Counted from the first letter of the stretch, positions 40,168-53,809 are shown. The stretch: 64,000 nt of DNA from Octopus vulgaris (GCA_951406725.2 OX597821.1:31186001-31250000); one strand, 5' to 3'. Numbers and translations: made by a program. Notes: a model not told the origin generated them from the letters alone.

Positions 40168-40745
40168 AGGTGGCTAGCTGGCAGAAACTTTAGAAGGCCG
40201 GAGGAAATGCTTAGCAGTATTTTGTCTACCGTTACGTTCCGAGTTCAAATTCCGGCGAGGTTGACTTTGCCTTTCATCCCTTCGGGGTCGATAAATTAAG
40301 TACCAGTTATGCACTGGAGTCGATATAATCGTCTTAATCCATTTCTCTGTCCTTGTTTGTCCCCTCTGTGTTTAGTCCCTTGTGGGTAGTAAACAAATAG
40401 GTATTTCGTCTACCGTTACGCTCTAAGTTCAAATTTAGCCGGGGTCGACTTTGCCTTTCATTCTTTCGGGGTCGATAAATTAAGTACCAGTTACGCACTG
40501 GGGTCGACGTAATCGACTTAATCCGTCTGTCTGTCCTTGTTTGTCCCTTCTGTGTTTAGTCTCTTGTAGTAAAGAAATGGGTATTTCGTCTGTCTTTACG
40601 TTCTTAGTTCACATCCGCTGAGGACGAGTTTGCTTTTCATACTTTCGGGGTCGATAAATTGAGTACCAGATGTGTACTGGAGTCGACCTAATCGATTGGC
40701 CCCACCTCCCTACAAAGTTAGGGCCTTGTGCTTAGAGTAGAACAT
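40168..40745 (+). mobile_element. Tandem trimer of SINE family A
   Basis: Three successive gtatttcgtc..gttcaaattc..gcctttcat..ggggtcgataaatt units. Confidence 0.88.
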
Positions 40746-40801
40746 AATGTATAGTGCGTCTGTTTATTTCCCAAAAGGAAGAAATGGCTATCCCAAAATA
40801 G

Positions 40802-40859
<58 letters not shown>

Positions 40860-41507
40860 TATGTTACACCATTTTGAATGTTCTTTATTTCAAAGTTCAT
40901 GAATGTATCTGACTAAAAATGTTTCTTTATAAGAAAGTAATGTTTTCATTAATCAGTTATAGGTGTCGCTAGAAGCAGCCGTAATTTATTGGCACCTGCA
41001 TCTCTACTGTTACTCATTTATATTATATTCACCTGTCTTGGAATCTGCACTTTAAAAATAGTCTTAAATATTCTTAGATATAGACAGCATATTTAATATA
41101 CTGTACATGGCTGAATAGCGCAATAGCACATTTCTTTCCCCATCTTCGTTAAATTGTCTTCACAGACAATTAATTATGTATCAAGTTTGATATTTACATC
41201 ATATTGTGTGTGTATATATATGCATATAACCTAATGATTAGGGAGTTGCACTAGCGACGGCGAGATCAGGGTTTCAATTCTTGAAGTGGGTGGTGCATTG
41301 TGATCTTGAGCATATCACTTCATTTCATGTTATCTGCATTAACTTCGACACCTGACGCGTGGTACACAGTGCACCCGCTCAGACAACGTCGACGTATTGG
41401 AGACAATAAACTAACGTAGTTCGAACATTTGATAATGATAAACAAAACATTTGGCAACGTCGTTCTGCAAAAGCTGAATGATCACACGTCACCTTCGACA
41501 AGAGAGT

Positions 41508-41578
<71 letters not shown>

Positions 41579-41593
41579 CTATCTATCTATCTA

Positions 41594-41657
<64 letters not shown>

Positions 41658-41680
41658 TGTATATATATATATATATGTAC

Positions 41681-41740
<60 letters not shown>

Positions 41741-42732
41741 GTTAATAAAATAGAACATATGCATATATATAAACATATATGTACGTACCTACCTCTACAT
41801 GTACATATACACGCATATATGTGTACAGATCACCAAAAAGACGTCGAACACATAGAGAGACGAAAAACATAGACACAAACCAAGGAACAGGACAAGCAAA
41901 AAAGAAAAAAAGAGATACAGGACAATAAGCACAACGAAAAATCCCCTTCTTCAGTCGCTAAGGTTTCATCTACTCTACGTTTCGAAGGATAAAAGCGAGA
42001 CGTATACTTCGAAGAAACTTCCTTCCTGCGAAAAGCAAATCAATTAAAATTCTGAGATCTTTTCGCAGAGGGGTAAAAAATGGTAAAAAAGCAAGACGGT
42101 AACGACAGTACAAACATATAAACAGTAAAAAAAAAAATTATATATAAACAGTTGAAAAATAAATATATAACAGTGAGAGACAGGACAAGGAGAACAAGAT
42201 AAGAAGGGCTGTTTACGCCAGACGAAAAAAGTAATGCAAACGCTGGATTATAGTGGACGACGAGAGAGAAAGAATGTCGACCAGTGGCCTTAGAAGGCGA
42301 GCGAGAAAAGACAGGATAGCAGTTACGACGGAAGTATCGTCGCAGATGGACGACGGGAATGGGGGAGGAGGAGCAAGAGGAAGAGAGAGAAGAAGGGGAA
42401 TGGTGCGAGGAGACCATGAAGAATGGTGAGGGGGAGAGAGAAAATGAAGAATGATAGATAGAGGAAGAGACAAGTTAAGTGAGGGAAAAAGGACGAAAAA
42501 GGGAATGGGAGAGAAAGAAAGAAAGATGCAGAGTCGCGTGAGAGTTAATATCAAGGCTAACTTGATAAACAGAACAATCTTACTTAATAGGGTGCGTGCG
42601 TTTAGTCGTATAATATGTTAATAAAATGGAACATATGCATATATATAAACATATATGTACGTACCTACCTCTACATGTACATATACACGCATATATGTGT
42701 ACAGGACACCAAAAAGACGTCGAACACATAGA

Positions 42733-42734
<2 letters not shown>
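41741..42734 (-). mobile_element. pLTR-like element bounded by 118-bp direct repeats
   Basis: 41741-41858 is nearly identical to 42617-42734; minus strand has GAAACGTA and CTGAAGAAGGGG motifs; within (TA)n. Confidence 0.65.
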
Positions 42735-42828
<94 letters not shown>

Positions 42829-42829
42829 G

Positions 42830-42896
<67 letters not shown>

Positions 42897-42900
<4 letters not shown>

Positions 42901-43198
42901 TATATATAATTGTTAAGGAACAATGCAAAGTTTTGATACTAAGGAATAATGAAAGATCGGGTATAACCGATCATGTATTGAAAAATGGAGAACACAGAGT
43001 GCAGGCTACCAATCCTTGGATTAGTAGGGACTTGGGAAACAATATACTTAAAATATCAACAGATTACCCCAATACTTCGAATTCCAATAGAACACGTGAT
43101 GAAACCTTGAGAGTACCTCACCCGAAACGTTGTGGTGGGAACAAACAAGGTAAGGACACATATCAGTACTATTTTGAATAGTATGCTATAGTATAGTA

Positions 43199-43200
<2 letters not shown>
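42897..43200 (+). mobile_element. PLE 3' end: GIY-YIG C-terminal remnant plus degenerate HHR
   Basis: [15 protein letters not shown]...ISRDLG resembles PLE S...H....H...NRD.G; acac GTGATGA...GAAAC GTT gtggt at 43092-43136. Confidence 0.6.
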
Positions 43201-43230
<30 letters not shown>

Positions 43231-43238
<8 letters not shown>

Positions 43239-43668
43239 ATATTTCGGAATGGTCATTTTGCCAGTTTAGCCAATAAAAACACATGCACTATATATTTGGT
43301 GTTATTTTGCTTCAGTGTTATTTATTTTTTACATTAATCTTAATCTTATTTCGGCCAGAGTTCTTTCGTCACAATCCTGTGACCCCATCAGTGGTCCTTT
43401 GATTTCTTCTTTCTTATTTGTGTCTCTCCTTACTAACCGTCAGCCATTTTGTATTTCTATTGTATGTCTTCATTTGCGTGTGCTTATATCTCTATGTGCG
43501 TCTATGTTTATTTAGTCTGTGTATGTGGGGGGGATGCCTGTAATATTTGTATCTTCTGTTTATATACGTTCATGTAATTTGTATTTTGTTTTTGTTGTTG
43601 TTGTTTTTGTTTATTCTTATTTTATTGGCTAAACTGGCAAAATGACCATTCCGAAATATAACAATATA
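43231..43668. mobile_element. Element with 48-bp terminal inverted repeats and internal variant HHR
   Basis: 43231-43278 is the reverse complement of 43621-43668; minus strand 43353-43397 CCA CUGAUGG G-GUCAC-AGGAUU-GUGAC GAAAG AA CUC| UGG. Confidence 0.7.
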
Positions 43669-43721
43669 TGTTTCAACACACGACTTCACATAAAAAATCT
43701 TGCACAACAAATATTAAAAAC

Positions 43722-43795
<74 letters not shown>

Positions 43796-45244
43796 GACCG
43801 CCCCTACAAACTCCTTTGCTTTGATAATTTCCATTTGATTCTCAGATTTGGTGCAGGGAGGGTAAGCCACATTTAGATTAAACAAAAAGTGATGTGTATG
43901 GATAAGAGACCCGTCATATATCCTTAACTTAAACAATCACTTGTCTAATGAAGAGTGTTGCTTCGACAATGTTCAGAACCAAGCATGGCTCTCACGTGTA
44001 TTATCTACAACATCAAGCATTAAGACTACATAAATCCGATATAAATAAATGCTTTATATTCCGAATGGAATTTACTTTATTGAATTAATGGAATATAATA
44101 GCTCTCTAGTGTTCGTACTGATATCATAAATTTAATTATACCATTCGAATGATTAATAGATTCTTTTTTCCTACAAAGGAGAAAAAATATTTTAACATAA
44201 CTTCTTTTCTCTTGTAGTTTATATCGACCATAAAATATCTCACTGAAATGAATAATAACTACATAAATAGAACATATAGTTCAGATTACGTTTCGAGATT
44301 ATTCAAATAAACAATAAATTGCAAGGTAGGGAGACAACTCAGGGAAATTTAAGTTGATGAATTCGTTTATCAAAATATAGCATGTAAGGATATTCTACAT
44401 TCGTTTGCGTTGCAAGAATTCTTAATGTGATGAGCTGAAGGAAAGTTTCGGAAACTACAATGATATCTGTACGTGGAATTTAAAAATTGCCGTAGCATGA
44501 AGTCCGAACACAAACATGAAACTAACTATTTTAGTAGGTATGCAACTATGTTAGAAACATTCGTTTTTACATGAAGCATTTTCTGAAAATCTCAATTTTT
44601 TTCGAAGACTTCTGTGCATTAACCAGTGATATTCTAAAAGGTATACAAATTGTGACATCCAAAAGAAATTCAGTTTGTGACTAATGTAAAGATAGAGGTA
44701 ATATTGATTTCAAATTTGGCAAAAAACTTTGGGGAAAGGCGATAAATCGATTATATCGACTCAATATATATATATGCTATTCACTCTATTGAACCCGAAA
44801 TGCTTAAAGGCAATGTTTAACACTGCACAATGTGGACTCGAGAGGGTCGAAATGTTGCTAAGCATTGTGCCTGGCTTCTAGAAATTCTTCAAGCACGCCG
44901 CCTTAGAAAGATTTCACGTTATGTATACTCACGAATGGCGGAAGCCTGAGCTACAAAGGACTTGTCCTACAGAGGACGTTTCCGATTACTTTTGGCTACC
45001 TCCGCGTATATAGCGTCGTCAGTTCTGCACATCATACGTTGTCACTTAATACATAGATCCCTTTTACATGGTTGGCTCTTAAAGGATTTTAAGCAAAATA
45101 TATTATAGAGTACTCATTTTCATTTGTAGTACCTAATTATCAGGCAGAAATAAAAAGAACATGCGTAATTTCTTCCCCGTTTCGATGAATCTGTGTTAAT
45201 GATCATGTGTACGTATTAATACTTAACTTTGTATTTTGAAACAA

Positions 45245-45466
45245 ATATTCTTTACCAATCTTGGTACAAGGCCTGAGATTTTTGGGAAGGGTTCCAGTCG
45301 ATTAGATCGACCTCAGTACACACCACAAGGTAGTAAATTTATCGACACCGAAAGGAGGAAAGGCATAGTCGACCTCGGCGGAATTTGGAATCAGAACGTA
45401 AACACAGACGAAATACCGCTCAGCATTTCGCCCGGCATGCTAACATTTCTGTCAGCAAGCTGCCTT
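45245..45466 (-). mobile_element. SINE family A; older minus-strand copies also at about 44700-44903, 57145-57358 and 57375-57585
   Basis: Reverse complement homology to family A. Confidence 0.8.
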
Positions 45467-45496
45467 TAAATATATAAATTGTACGTTAGAAATGTA

Positions 45497-46334
45497 CGAG
45501 GAGGTACCCAAAAGAAACCGGAATCTTGCGTCATTATTTTATTCACTCAGTTCTATATGTTTACAGTTTTTTCGCCTTCAAAGTATTGTCCATTTGAAGC
45601 AATGCATCGGTCCAGATGAATTTCCTACTTTTCGAAGCAGTGCTGTTACTCTTGCAAAGTGGTGCTTTTAACGCTTCCGCCGTCTTTACATCACCACTTT
45701 AACAGCTTCAAATTCCGTAACACCACCTGTCATAACATTCGAAAAATGGTCCGGATCAACTTCCAAATGTTCTCTCAGTTCATGAAAATCGTTCAATCGT
45801 GACTGCTTTTTGATTTTCCCTCAGCAAGCGAGACACGAATTTGCAATTTGTTGCGCAAATTTCGTTGGCATGAATACTAGGACACAACAATCATGTCAAG
45901 AAGTTCGTCAATTGTTCAGTGGCGGTCCTCCAAGATCACTGCATGACTTTCCGTGAGTTTTTCATTCTTTCAGGAGGTCGACGGTGGCCCTGAACGACGT
46001 TGGTGCAAGTAACAATTTCTAAAGCGTGAAAACCATTGGTAAACTTATATTTTCCTCATGGCAGCGTTGTACTAAGTTGTTTGAATCATTACGACTGTTT
46101 CGGTTGCCGTTTTCCCCAGCTGAAAGCAGAATTTCACGAAAGCACGCCAAGTGGACGAACAGGGGAGAAGTACTGCAAAATAAAGACACAACACGTGCAG
46201 TACTGCACTCGATGACGACGGTCAGCAGACTGATATCTAAGGGTCGCATCAAGAGGCTTCTAGTGGCGGAAGACTGAGCTACAAAGGGCTTGTCCTACAA
46301 AGGACGTGTCCGGTTACTTTTGGCTTCCTCCGCG
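45497..46334 (-). mobile_element. Internally deleted mariner-like transposon
   Basis: TIRs cgaggaggtacccaaaagaaaccgga / tccggttacttttggcttcctccgcg; TA flanks; transposase-like remnants (SGPPSTS; RCIASNGQYFE). Confidence 0.8.
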
Positions 46335-46575
46335 TATATAGCGTCGTTATCATTATTATTTCAAAAGTTATACACATTGCAGGGCAATACAACATGACCG
46401 AGAAAGTTTTCTTCTGCCCCCCTACCTTCCGCTATTTTAAAAATGTAAGTGCGCATTGAGAAAATTATGCACTTTGTACCCATAAGATTCTTGATTACAG
46501 TTGCACCGTGTTCTGCATTAAATTTGTTAACATTGATTTAACTTGATAAACAATTGATTTGTAGGAATAATAATA

Positions 46576-46815
46576 AAGGTAAAGACCCCCTTCGGTCATG
46601 AATGACCATGGGATTGCACCTAGAAAGTTACCCTCCTAGACACAAGTCTGGGCAAGGTTGTTTTTATGGAAGGCCGGCAGTCACCCATGCATACCAGCTT
46701 CCCCTCTCCACGCCACCAGTGTTTTCCAAGGGAAAGACAAAGGTCGATACAGCTTGGCACCAGTGACGTCGCAACTCATTTCTACAGCTGAGTGAACTGG
46801 AGCAACGTGAAATAA
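46576..46815 (-). mobile_element. 5'-truncated SINE (CORE-like part plus LINE-type tail)
   Basis: agctgagtgaactggagcaacgtgaaat is the reverse complement of a CORE-like segment; family assignment from memory only. Confidence 0.55.
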
Positions 46816-48647
46816 TAGAAGCATATATAGAGTTGTGTCACGAGTATCTTACTTCCTGTGAAGTACCTGAACAGCAACCATAGGTATTTCACTCAGCACA
46901 CACTGGCAACACAAACCTAGAACACATTGTTTTTAAGGGGATTATCATTGCATATTCAATGTCTGGTATTTAATTTTGTGCAGTCAGAATACAGAATTTG
47001 ATGGTTAAATGGTTTCCCATCTTATTGTCAAGAGATTTACGAATCCGATATCATGTTTCAGTTTAATATAACACATACTATCAGACATTCATTCTAGTGA
47101 CGATAAGGTAAGAAAAAAACGAAAATAATGATATAAAAAAATGTTGCTAGTACCCATGTACATATATAACATTCATTCACACACACACACACAAACATAT
47201 GGATTATATCAAAGTCGCATTTGTTTCTCTTGGAGTAGTAACTGATAAACAATCACATGTTTTCTGAATGTTCGCTGTCAAAATAATAGCAATATGTGCG
47301 TCTATGTGCGTTTGTGAGTGTGTGTATCAGTGTGTAAGTAAACGGATAACTCACATAAGATTAATTTTTTTTTTAAACCCACAATGTTTCCTGTAGTGTG
47401 CCAAACGAATACCATGTATTATAGCAAGGGACTTAAATTAATACATGCAGCAATTAGTATTTATCAAGGTGAAATGAAATATTCAATGCCATTTCCTTAA
47501 AATTTTATGCATGCTTTTGAATTATGCAACACATGACACAGTACACTCACACTCACGTAGGGACATCTACATTTATTATTCAATTATATCATTAAGTCAC
47601 GTGAGAATACCCAATGCACCAGCTTAGACTGTTTGACTTCAATAGAAAATCTTATTTGTGAGAGAGGTAAAGTAAATCCATAATATAACACGAATGGGAA
47701 ATACACAGGAAAAGCCCTAAATTACTGTGTTTATGCATGAGTTATATAACTCAATATTACTTATTCTTTGTAATATATGCTTTTGTGCGAGGGAGAGAGA
47801 GAGATAGAGGGTGTGTACGTGTATGTGTGCTTATGCTTGCACGAATGTATACAAATATGTATAGAGATATGCACAGTTACAGACAGCAAGAGTGACAGGG
47901 TAAGAGGCATTGGCAACGTTTTGAAGCCTATATCATGAAACTCTTTTCAACAGATATTATGTAGAATAACCCATAGCCCTTTCACGCTATATGCATTTAT
48001 AACTATACAATTATCGAAGGATATTTTTATGAAAATTGTGCATACGATAGATAAAGGCAGAAAACTCAAATTTTAGAGTGTTCTTTTTTCCCTATCTTTC
48101 CAGCAAGCGATATTCAGATACTTAAACAAAGACATTCGGAAAGAAGCGAAAGTAAATAAAAGTATAGTTGGTGCAATTCTTTCGTAACAGTTAGGGAATT
48201 CGAGGCAACGAAATAAATAGCAAAATGCAAGGCAGTATTAATCAAACATGATTTCCTATAACTTCTGCACAATCTGAAATACATCCAGAAATGACCTCAA
48301 AATATATTGAAGCTGCAGCTACATAATCCAGTTCGGTAACAGTAAATATTATTCAGATAATGCAGATTGAAATGAAACCCTTGTACTTAGAATATAAGAA
48401 TTTCTGTTGAATCCTGAAGCAAATATTACGAACGAACAATTTGCACAACGTAATATATCAACTGCGGTAATATAGAGCGATATGAAACGTATATAAATTG
48501 CTACAATGAAGGGAAATGTAACATTTCTAATGTAAAACAAAATATGTTCATAGTAATGGAAGACTGAAGTGATCAACGTCAGCACAATTCACGAAAAAGC
48601 AGTAAACTTTGATAAGATGCATTCTTACATTGTTTGCAGTGGGATAC

Positions 48648-49393
48648 GGATCTTTTTGGTTTGAACGGCATTTTTTTTTTCTAGCGGTGTCATATGAAAT
48701 TGTCAGTGATTAAAAAGGAACTGAGTACACTATAGGAAGAACTAATATATAAAAAAAAAAACCAGGAAAAAATGAAAACCGAGTAAAGATAATTACATGC
48801 TTCCAAGGTTCAGAGAATTCAATAAAAAAGATCGTAAATGTAGCAAGAGAGTGTGGAAGCGAAAGAGGATTAGAGTAAGTGACCGAAAGGAAAGAACAAG
48901 TAAACAAAAGCTCTTGGAATGAACGTGCAAAATTGTCTTTATGTTATTACCGATTATTGATTTCGTACAAAATAAATCCGGATCTTTTCGGTTTGAACGG
49001 CAGTTTTTTTCTAGAGGTGTCATATGAAATTGTCACCCATAATTATGATCTATTGCATTTCAATCTGTTTTAGGGTTAGGGGTAGGGGTAGGGGTAGGGG
49101 TAGGGAGAAGGGTATCTTTTTTTCTTCACAAATGTAAATAAACCCAATCTGTTTCTTAAACGAGGGACATATTCATACGGCACAGAATGCTTTTTAACTC
49201 AATAGACGTCACTGATTGGTTGAAATTGTAGAAATTGAAGAAAAAACAACAAATATCTTACAAACTATAGAATTTTCTCAATAAAGCCAAGAGAACAAGG
49301 TGTTGTATAAACACATTCTACCAGTATACGAAGTTAAAAATTTTTTAGTTACCTAGAAATGTTAAAAACTGCCGTTCAAACCGAAAAGATCAC
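48648..49393. mobile_element. Composite MITE: short end, captured flank and full MITE
   Basis: MITE end at 48648-48704; 48705-48979 is the reverse complement of 25616-25893; full MITE at 48980-49393; flanks gggatac/gggttac. Confidence 0.82.
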
Positions 49394-49799
49394 GGGTTAC
49401 ATATGGGGAGGATGAAATATGTGTGTGTGTGTGCGTATGTTTGTGTTATCACAAAAGTATAACCTATGATATCACCTGATGTCCTAAAGTTATCAATGAT
49501 TATATGCACATGAATACACATGCAGCGCAACACACGTACATAAATATGCGTTTGTATGAATGTGTGTGATAGTTGATGCATGCCCTTAAGTGTGCGTGCG
49601 TACATGCGTGTGTGAGATTTTTGTGTTTTTGTATTGTGTGTGTGTATAGTATGGAGATGGAGATTTCCGTATAGGGAAAATTCTTTGTTAGGGGCAATTG
49701 TTTGTTGTTTCTTTAGAAGTATGTTTGGGGAATATGCGTCTATTTTTGTGTCGCTAATAGCGATATTAATTGCGAGAAGACTAATCGCTTTGGTAGTTG

Positions 49800-50095
49800 T
49801 TCTTTCTCGAGTCATGACTGGCTCATAAGGGCCGGTTTCCCGGTTTCTTGGCGTATAGGTTCCCTACCTGGACAGGACGCCTGTCCGTCTCAGGTGAGCT
49901 GCAAGATGCAGGAGGAAAGATTGAGAGAAAGTTGTGGCGAAAGAGTCTGCAGAAGGTTCACCATTACCTTCTGCCGGAGCTGGGTAGAACTTAGGTGTTT
50001 CGTTCATAAACACACACACATCGGCCGGTCTGAGATTCGAACCGTGATCCCTCGATCGCCAGTCCGCTGCTCTAACCACTAGGCCATGTGCCTCC
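49800..50095 (-). mobile_element. SINE family B, tail type 3
   Basis: Reverse complement of 38553-38851. Confidence 0.88.
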
Positions 50096-50130
50096 ACAGC
50101 CGCTTCAATGTCATTCGTAAAGAAATACAT

Positions 50131-51143
50131 GATTGATTGATTGATTGATTGATTCTAGGTTCAGCTTATGAGCTGTGGCCATGCTGGGGCACCGCCATTT
50201 GGTGTTGCTACTTGGTTTTACTTCACGAAAGCTTTTTTAGCAAATGCCATTTGGTGCATGAGAGAGTTCGATGCAGCTGCCCTCATCTGCACCTCCTGCC
50301 GTAAAGTTGGTTCATCTGGGACACCTGGCAGGAAGAGATCCAGTTTCATTTTAAAGACATCCGCATCCACCCCATGCAGGTCTCTCAGGTTCTTCGGGAG
50401 GATATTGAAGAGCTGTGGGCCACGGAAGCCCAGGCTATCACAGGATCTTGCCCTACATCTTGATGGCAAATTTGGAGTCCTAGGCACCACGCTGTGGCGC
50501 CCAGTTCTGGCATTTGCGTAACTCTCGATGCCAAAGTTTAGGACACGTCCCTCCAGGATCTTCCAGATGTATATTATGGCATATCTTTCCCGCCTACGCT
50601 CCAGGGAATATAGTTTTAATCTCTTGAGTCTTTCCTAGTAGCTTACATTCTGCATAGAGGCTATCTTCTTCGTGTAGCTGCGTTGGATCGCCTCGAGCTC
50701 TGTGATCAACTTGACACTGGATGGTGACCATAACTGAGAGCAGTAGTCAAAGTGGCTTAGGAGAAGTGTCCTCCAGAGGACCATCATGGTTTCTTGTTCT
50801 CTTGTTCTAAAGGTTCTGAGGATCCATCCGGGCAGTCGTCTACATTTCATTGCCAATTTAGCAACATGTACACGAAAGGTTGCGTCATCACTCATGTAAA
50901 TACCCAGGTCACGCACTGATTGTGCCTCTGGGATTGCTATTCCTCCGGGTCCAGTGTATTCATTGGGTATTGCATTTAGTTTTGTATGCTGATAGTATAA
51001 AGCTTGAAACTTTTCAGCATTGAACTGCATGCTATTCTTTTCAGCCCACTTGTATATTTTGTCCAGCTCACATTGCAGGCGTTTAGTGTCCTCAGGGTTC
51101 TGTATTGCCTGTGAAACTTTTGTATCATCTGCATAACTTGTGA
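50131..51143 (-). mobile_element. 5'-truncated CR1-like LINE with (ATCA)n tail
   Basis: YADDT; MQFNAEKFQAL..RDLGIYM..HFDYCSQLWSP..LEAIQR; same family as 22740-23760. Confidence 0.92.
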
Positions 51144-51427
51144 TCGTATATGAAAAAGCTTGCGAGTCGTAACGTACATAAAAATAGGAAGTTCCTAATT
51201 ATGTTTTCTGTATAACCTAGTTTTAATAAAAGATTAAAAACGTCATATATTGCTTCCAAGCACCACGCCAGAAGAGTTGGGGATTCATCCTTTACAAAGA
51301 GTCCCTATTAAAACCACTGTTTAAAAAGGCTTCTATTTCATCAAGAACCTTTGTTTCAGTTATACTTTCATACGAATTTTACACATGTTTCTAATGACAA
51401 AAGGCATTATATTAACAACTTTTTCCC

Positions 51428-51722
51428 TTCCTTCTAGAGCCACGCCTGGCTCATAAGGGCCGGTTTCCCGGTATCCTTGGCGTATAGGTTACCCACCTTG
51501 ACGAGACGCCGGTCCATCGCAGGTGAGCTGCGAGATGCAGGAGGAAAGAGTGAGAGTAAGTTGTGGCGAAAGAGTCAGCAGAAGTTCGCCATTACCTTCT
51601 GCCGGAGCCGCGAGGAGCTTAGGTGTTTCGCGCATAAACACACACATCGCCCGGTCTGAGATTTGAACCCGCGATCCGTCGACCGCAAGTCCGCTGCTCT
51701 AACCACTACGGCATATGCCTCC
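51428..51722 (-). mobile_element. SINE family B, tail type 3
   Basis: Homologous to 49800-50095. Confidence 0.88.
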
Positions 51723-51899
51723 ACAACTTTTGCCATAGATATCATTAATTCCAAAGAATATAGTCTTTTAGTTAGTTAATCTATATGGAAATAATTTAAC
51801 TATTCTACAGTATAGATATATCTCTAAGAACATCCCTACACTCTAGAATGTTAGTGATAGATATTTTAAACAAAACTTCTCGAATCTTTAACATTTTCT

Positions 51900-52232
51900 T
51901 GAGAATGTATATACATGTTGTAATCTTTTGTGCCCAATATTTTAATGAACTTGTTAAAGTATTTTATATTTTCACAAGATTTTCCCTTGTAAGCTGTTCT
52001 TAACATGTCCTTATTATCAAGGAATGTATATGTATATTGTAATATTTTGTAACAACCATTACCTGGCACAACCAAGCTTTTGTACCCAATATTTTGATGG
52101 ACTTGTTAAACTATTTTATGTTTTCCCAAGATTTTCCTTTGTAAACTGTCCTTAACATGTTCTCGGTATCAGAGAATGTATATATGTATTGTACTATTTT
52201 GTGACAACCAGTAACTAAGACAACCAAGCTTT
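51900..52232. repeat. Tandem repeat with about 151-bp unit, two copies plus a partial
   Basis: tttgtRcccaatatttt.atg.acttgttaaa...caaccaagctttt repeated. Confidence 0.85.
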
Positions 52233-52327
52233 TACATGTTACTTTTGACGATATTTTTCTAAAAAAAGTGAAACCGGTAAAGTAAGTAAACATCTTTTAA
52301 AATTACATTTTCAAACATTTTTTCATG

Positions 52328-52349
<22 letters not shown>

Positions 52350-52370
<21 letters not shown>

Positions 52371-52555
52371 GAAGGGAGTGAGATGAAAAGTACCAGACTT
52401 TAAAAGTATCGTGAAAAGCTTCATGGGAGGCCCAAACTTGGAAGTTTATTTGCATAGGTTAGAAAAACTGAATCGCCGCTGCAATAAGTGTATGAATCTG
52501 AGAGGGAAACATGTTGAATAAAATCATAATTGACGGATCCTCCCGCATCAATGGC
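52350..52555 (+). mobile_element. Mariner 3'-end remnant
   Basis: LEKLNRRCNKCMNLRGKHVE* resembles the mariner C-terminus. Confidence 0.55.
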
Positions 52556-52574
52556 AGGAAAATCTCAGCATACC

Positions 52575-52649
<75 letters not shown>

Positions 52650-52685
52650 GTGTGAGTGAATGTATGTGTGAATGTGTGTATGTGT

Positions 52686-52994
52686 GGAGGCACAATGACC
52701 CAGTGGTTAGGGCAGCGGCATCGCGGTTGTAGGATTGCGGTTTCGATCCCCAGATTGGGTGCTGTAAGTGTTCATTGAGCGAAAACACCTAAAGCTCCAC
52801 GAGGCTCCGGCATGGGGTGGTAGCGATCCCTGCTCTACTCTTTCACCACAACTTTCTCTCACTCTTTCTTCTGTTGTCCTGCTCGCTTAACCAGCGCAGT
52901 GGCATCATTTGAAGGATAAAACCATGTGAAGCGCATTGTAACCAGCGATGTGTAGCAACATCTGATAGCTTGGTCGGTCACGGTGATCACGATG

Positions 52995-52995
<1 letters not shown>
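52686..52995 (+). mobile_element. SINE family B, tail type 2
   Basis: Homologous to 17295-17591. Confidence 0.88.
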
Positions 52996-53076
<81 letters not shown>

Positions 53077-53776
53077 CAATCTCACTGTCATGACACTCTC
53101 TGTATAGGATTAGACCTGTAGAAAATGGAAATGCTTTTGAATGCAACGTCACAATTACACATTCTTAGGTTAATAATGTTTTCATTAATTCCCCCTCTCT
53201 GATATCTTGTGCTGTCACATAGTCATCCTTTTCTTAATTCTTCCATCCTGTGTCCCCTCTCGTCTATTCTGTCTCTTCCTTCTCTCCTTACTTCTCTTCC
53301 CTTTCATCTTCACCTTCCAACTAATCACTTCCTTTTTTCTTATTATTATTTCTCTTTCATCTACCGAATACTTATTGCCTCCTTTCACTCCCGTTCCATT
53401 TACCATTGTCATGCTTCCTTTTCAGCAGAATACTATCACTGTGATGTGGTGGAGAGCATTAATTCGTTAAGGCCGTTGAATTCTACTCAACCTATTAATT
53501 GACCGATTAAATAGACCGATCAATGAATGCACTTCAAAATGACTAACGGAAACAGATGTACGTTGCATTTACAAACACACACACGCGCACACACACACAC
53601 ACACAAACACATATATATATATATAAAAATATAAGAGGGAACCACTATGTGGAAGCCCTTCCACATAGAGATCCACATAGAGACCCACATAGGTCTCAAC
53701 CACTAAGAATTGTTCTCCAGAAAATTCACCACACCAGAAACGTAAGCTAGCAAGACAAATGAAAAAAAGACAAATG

Positions 53777-53807
<31 letters not shown>

Positions 53808-53809
53808 TA

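Noticed and set aside
42040-42554. Ser/Leu/Phe-rich minus-strand ORFs
   Set aside because: Low-complexity GA-rich sequence inside a repeat element
48103-48560. Coding-like segment after a polypyrimidine/AG acceptor
   Set aside because: Many stops and no recognisable motif
51900-52232. CRISPR-like array
   Set aside because: Eukaryotic context; simple tandem duplication without unique spacers
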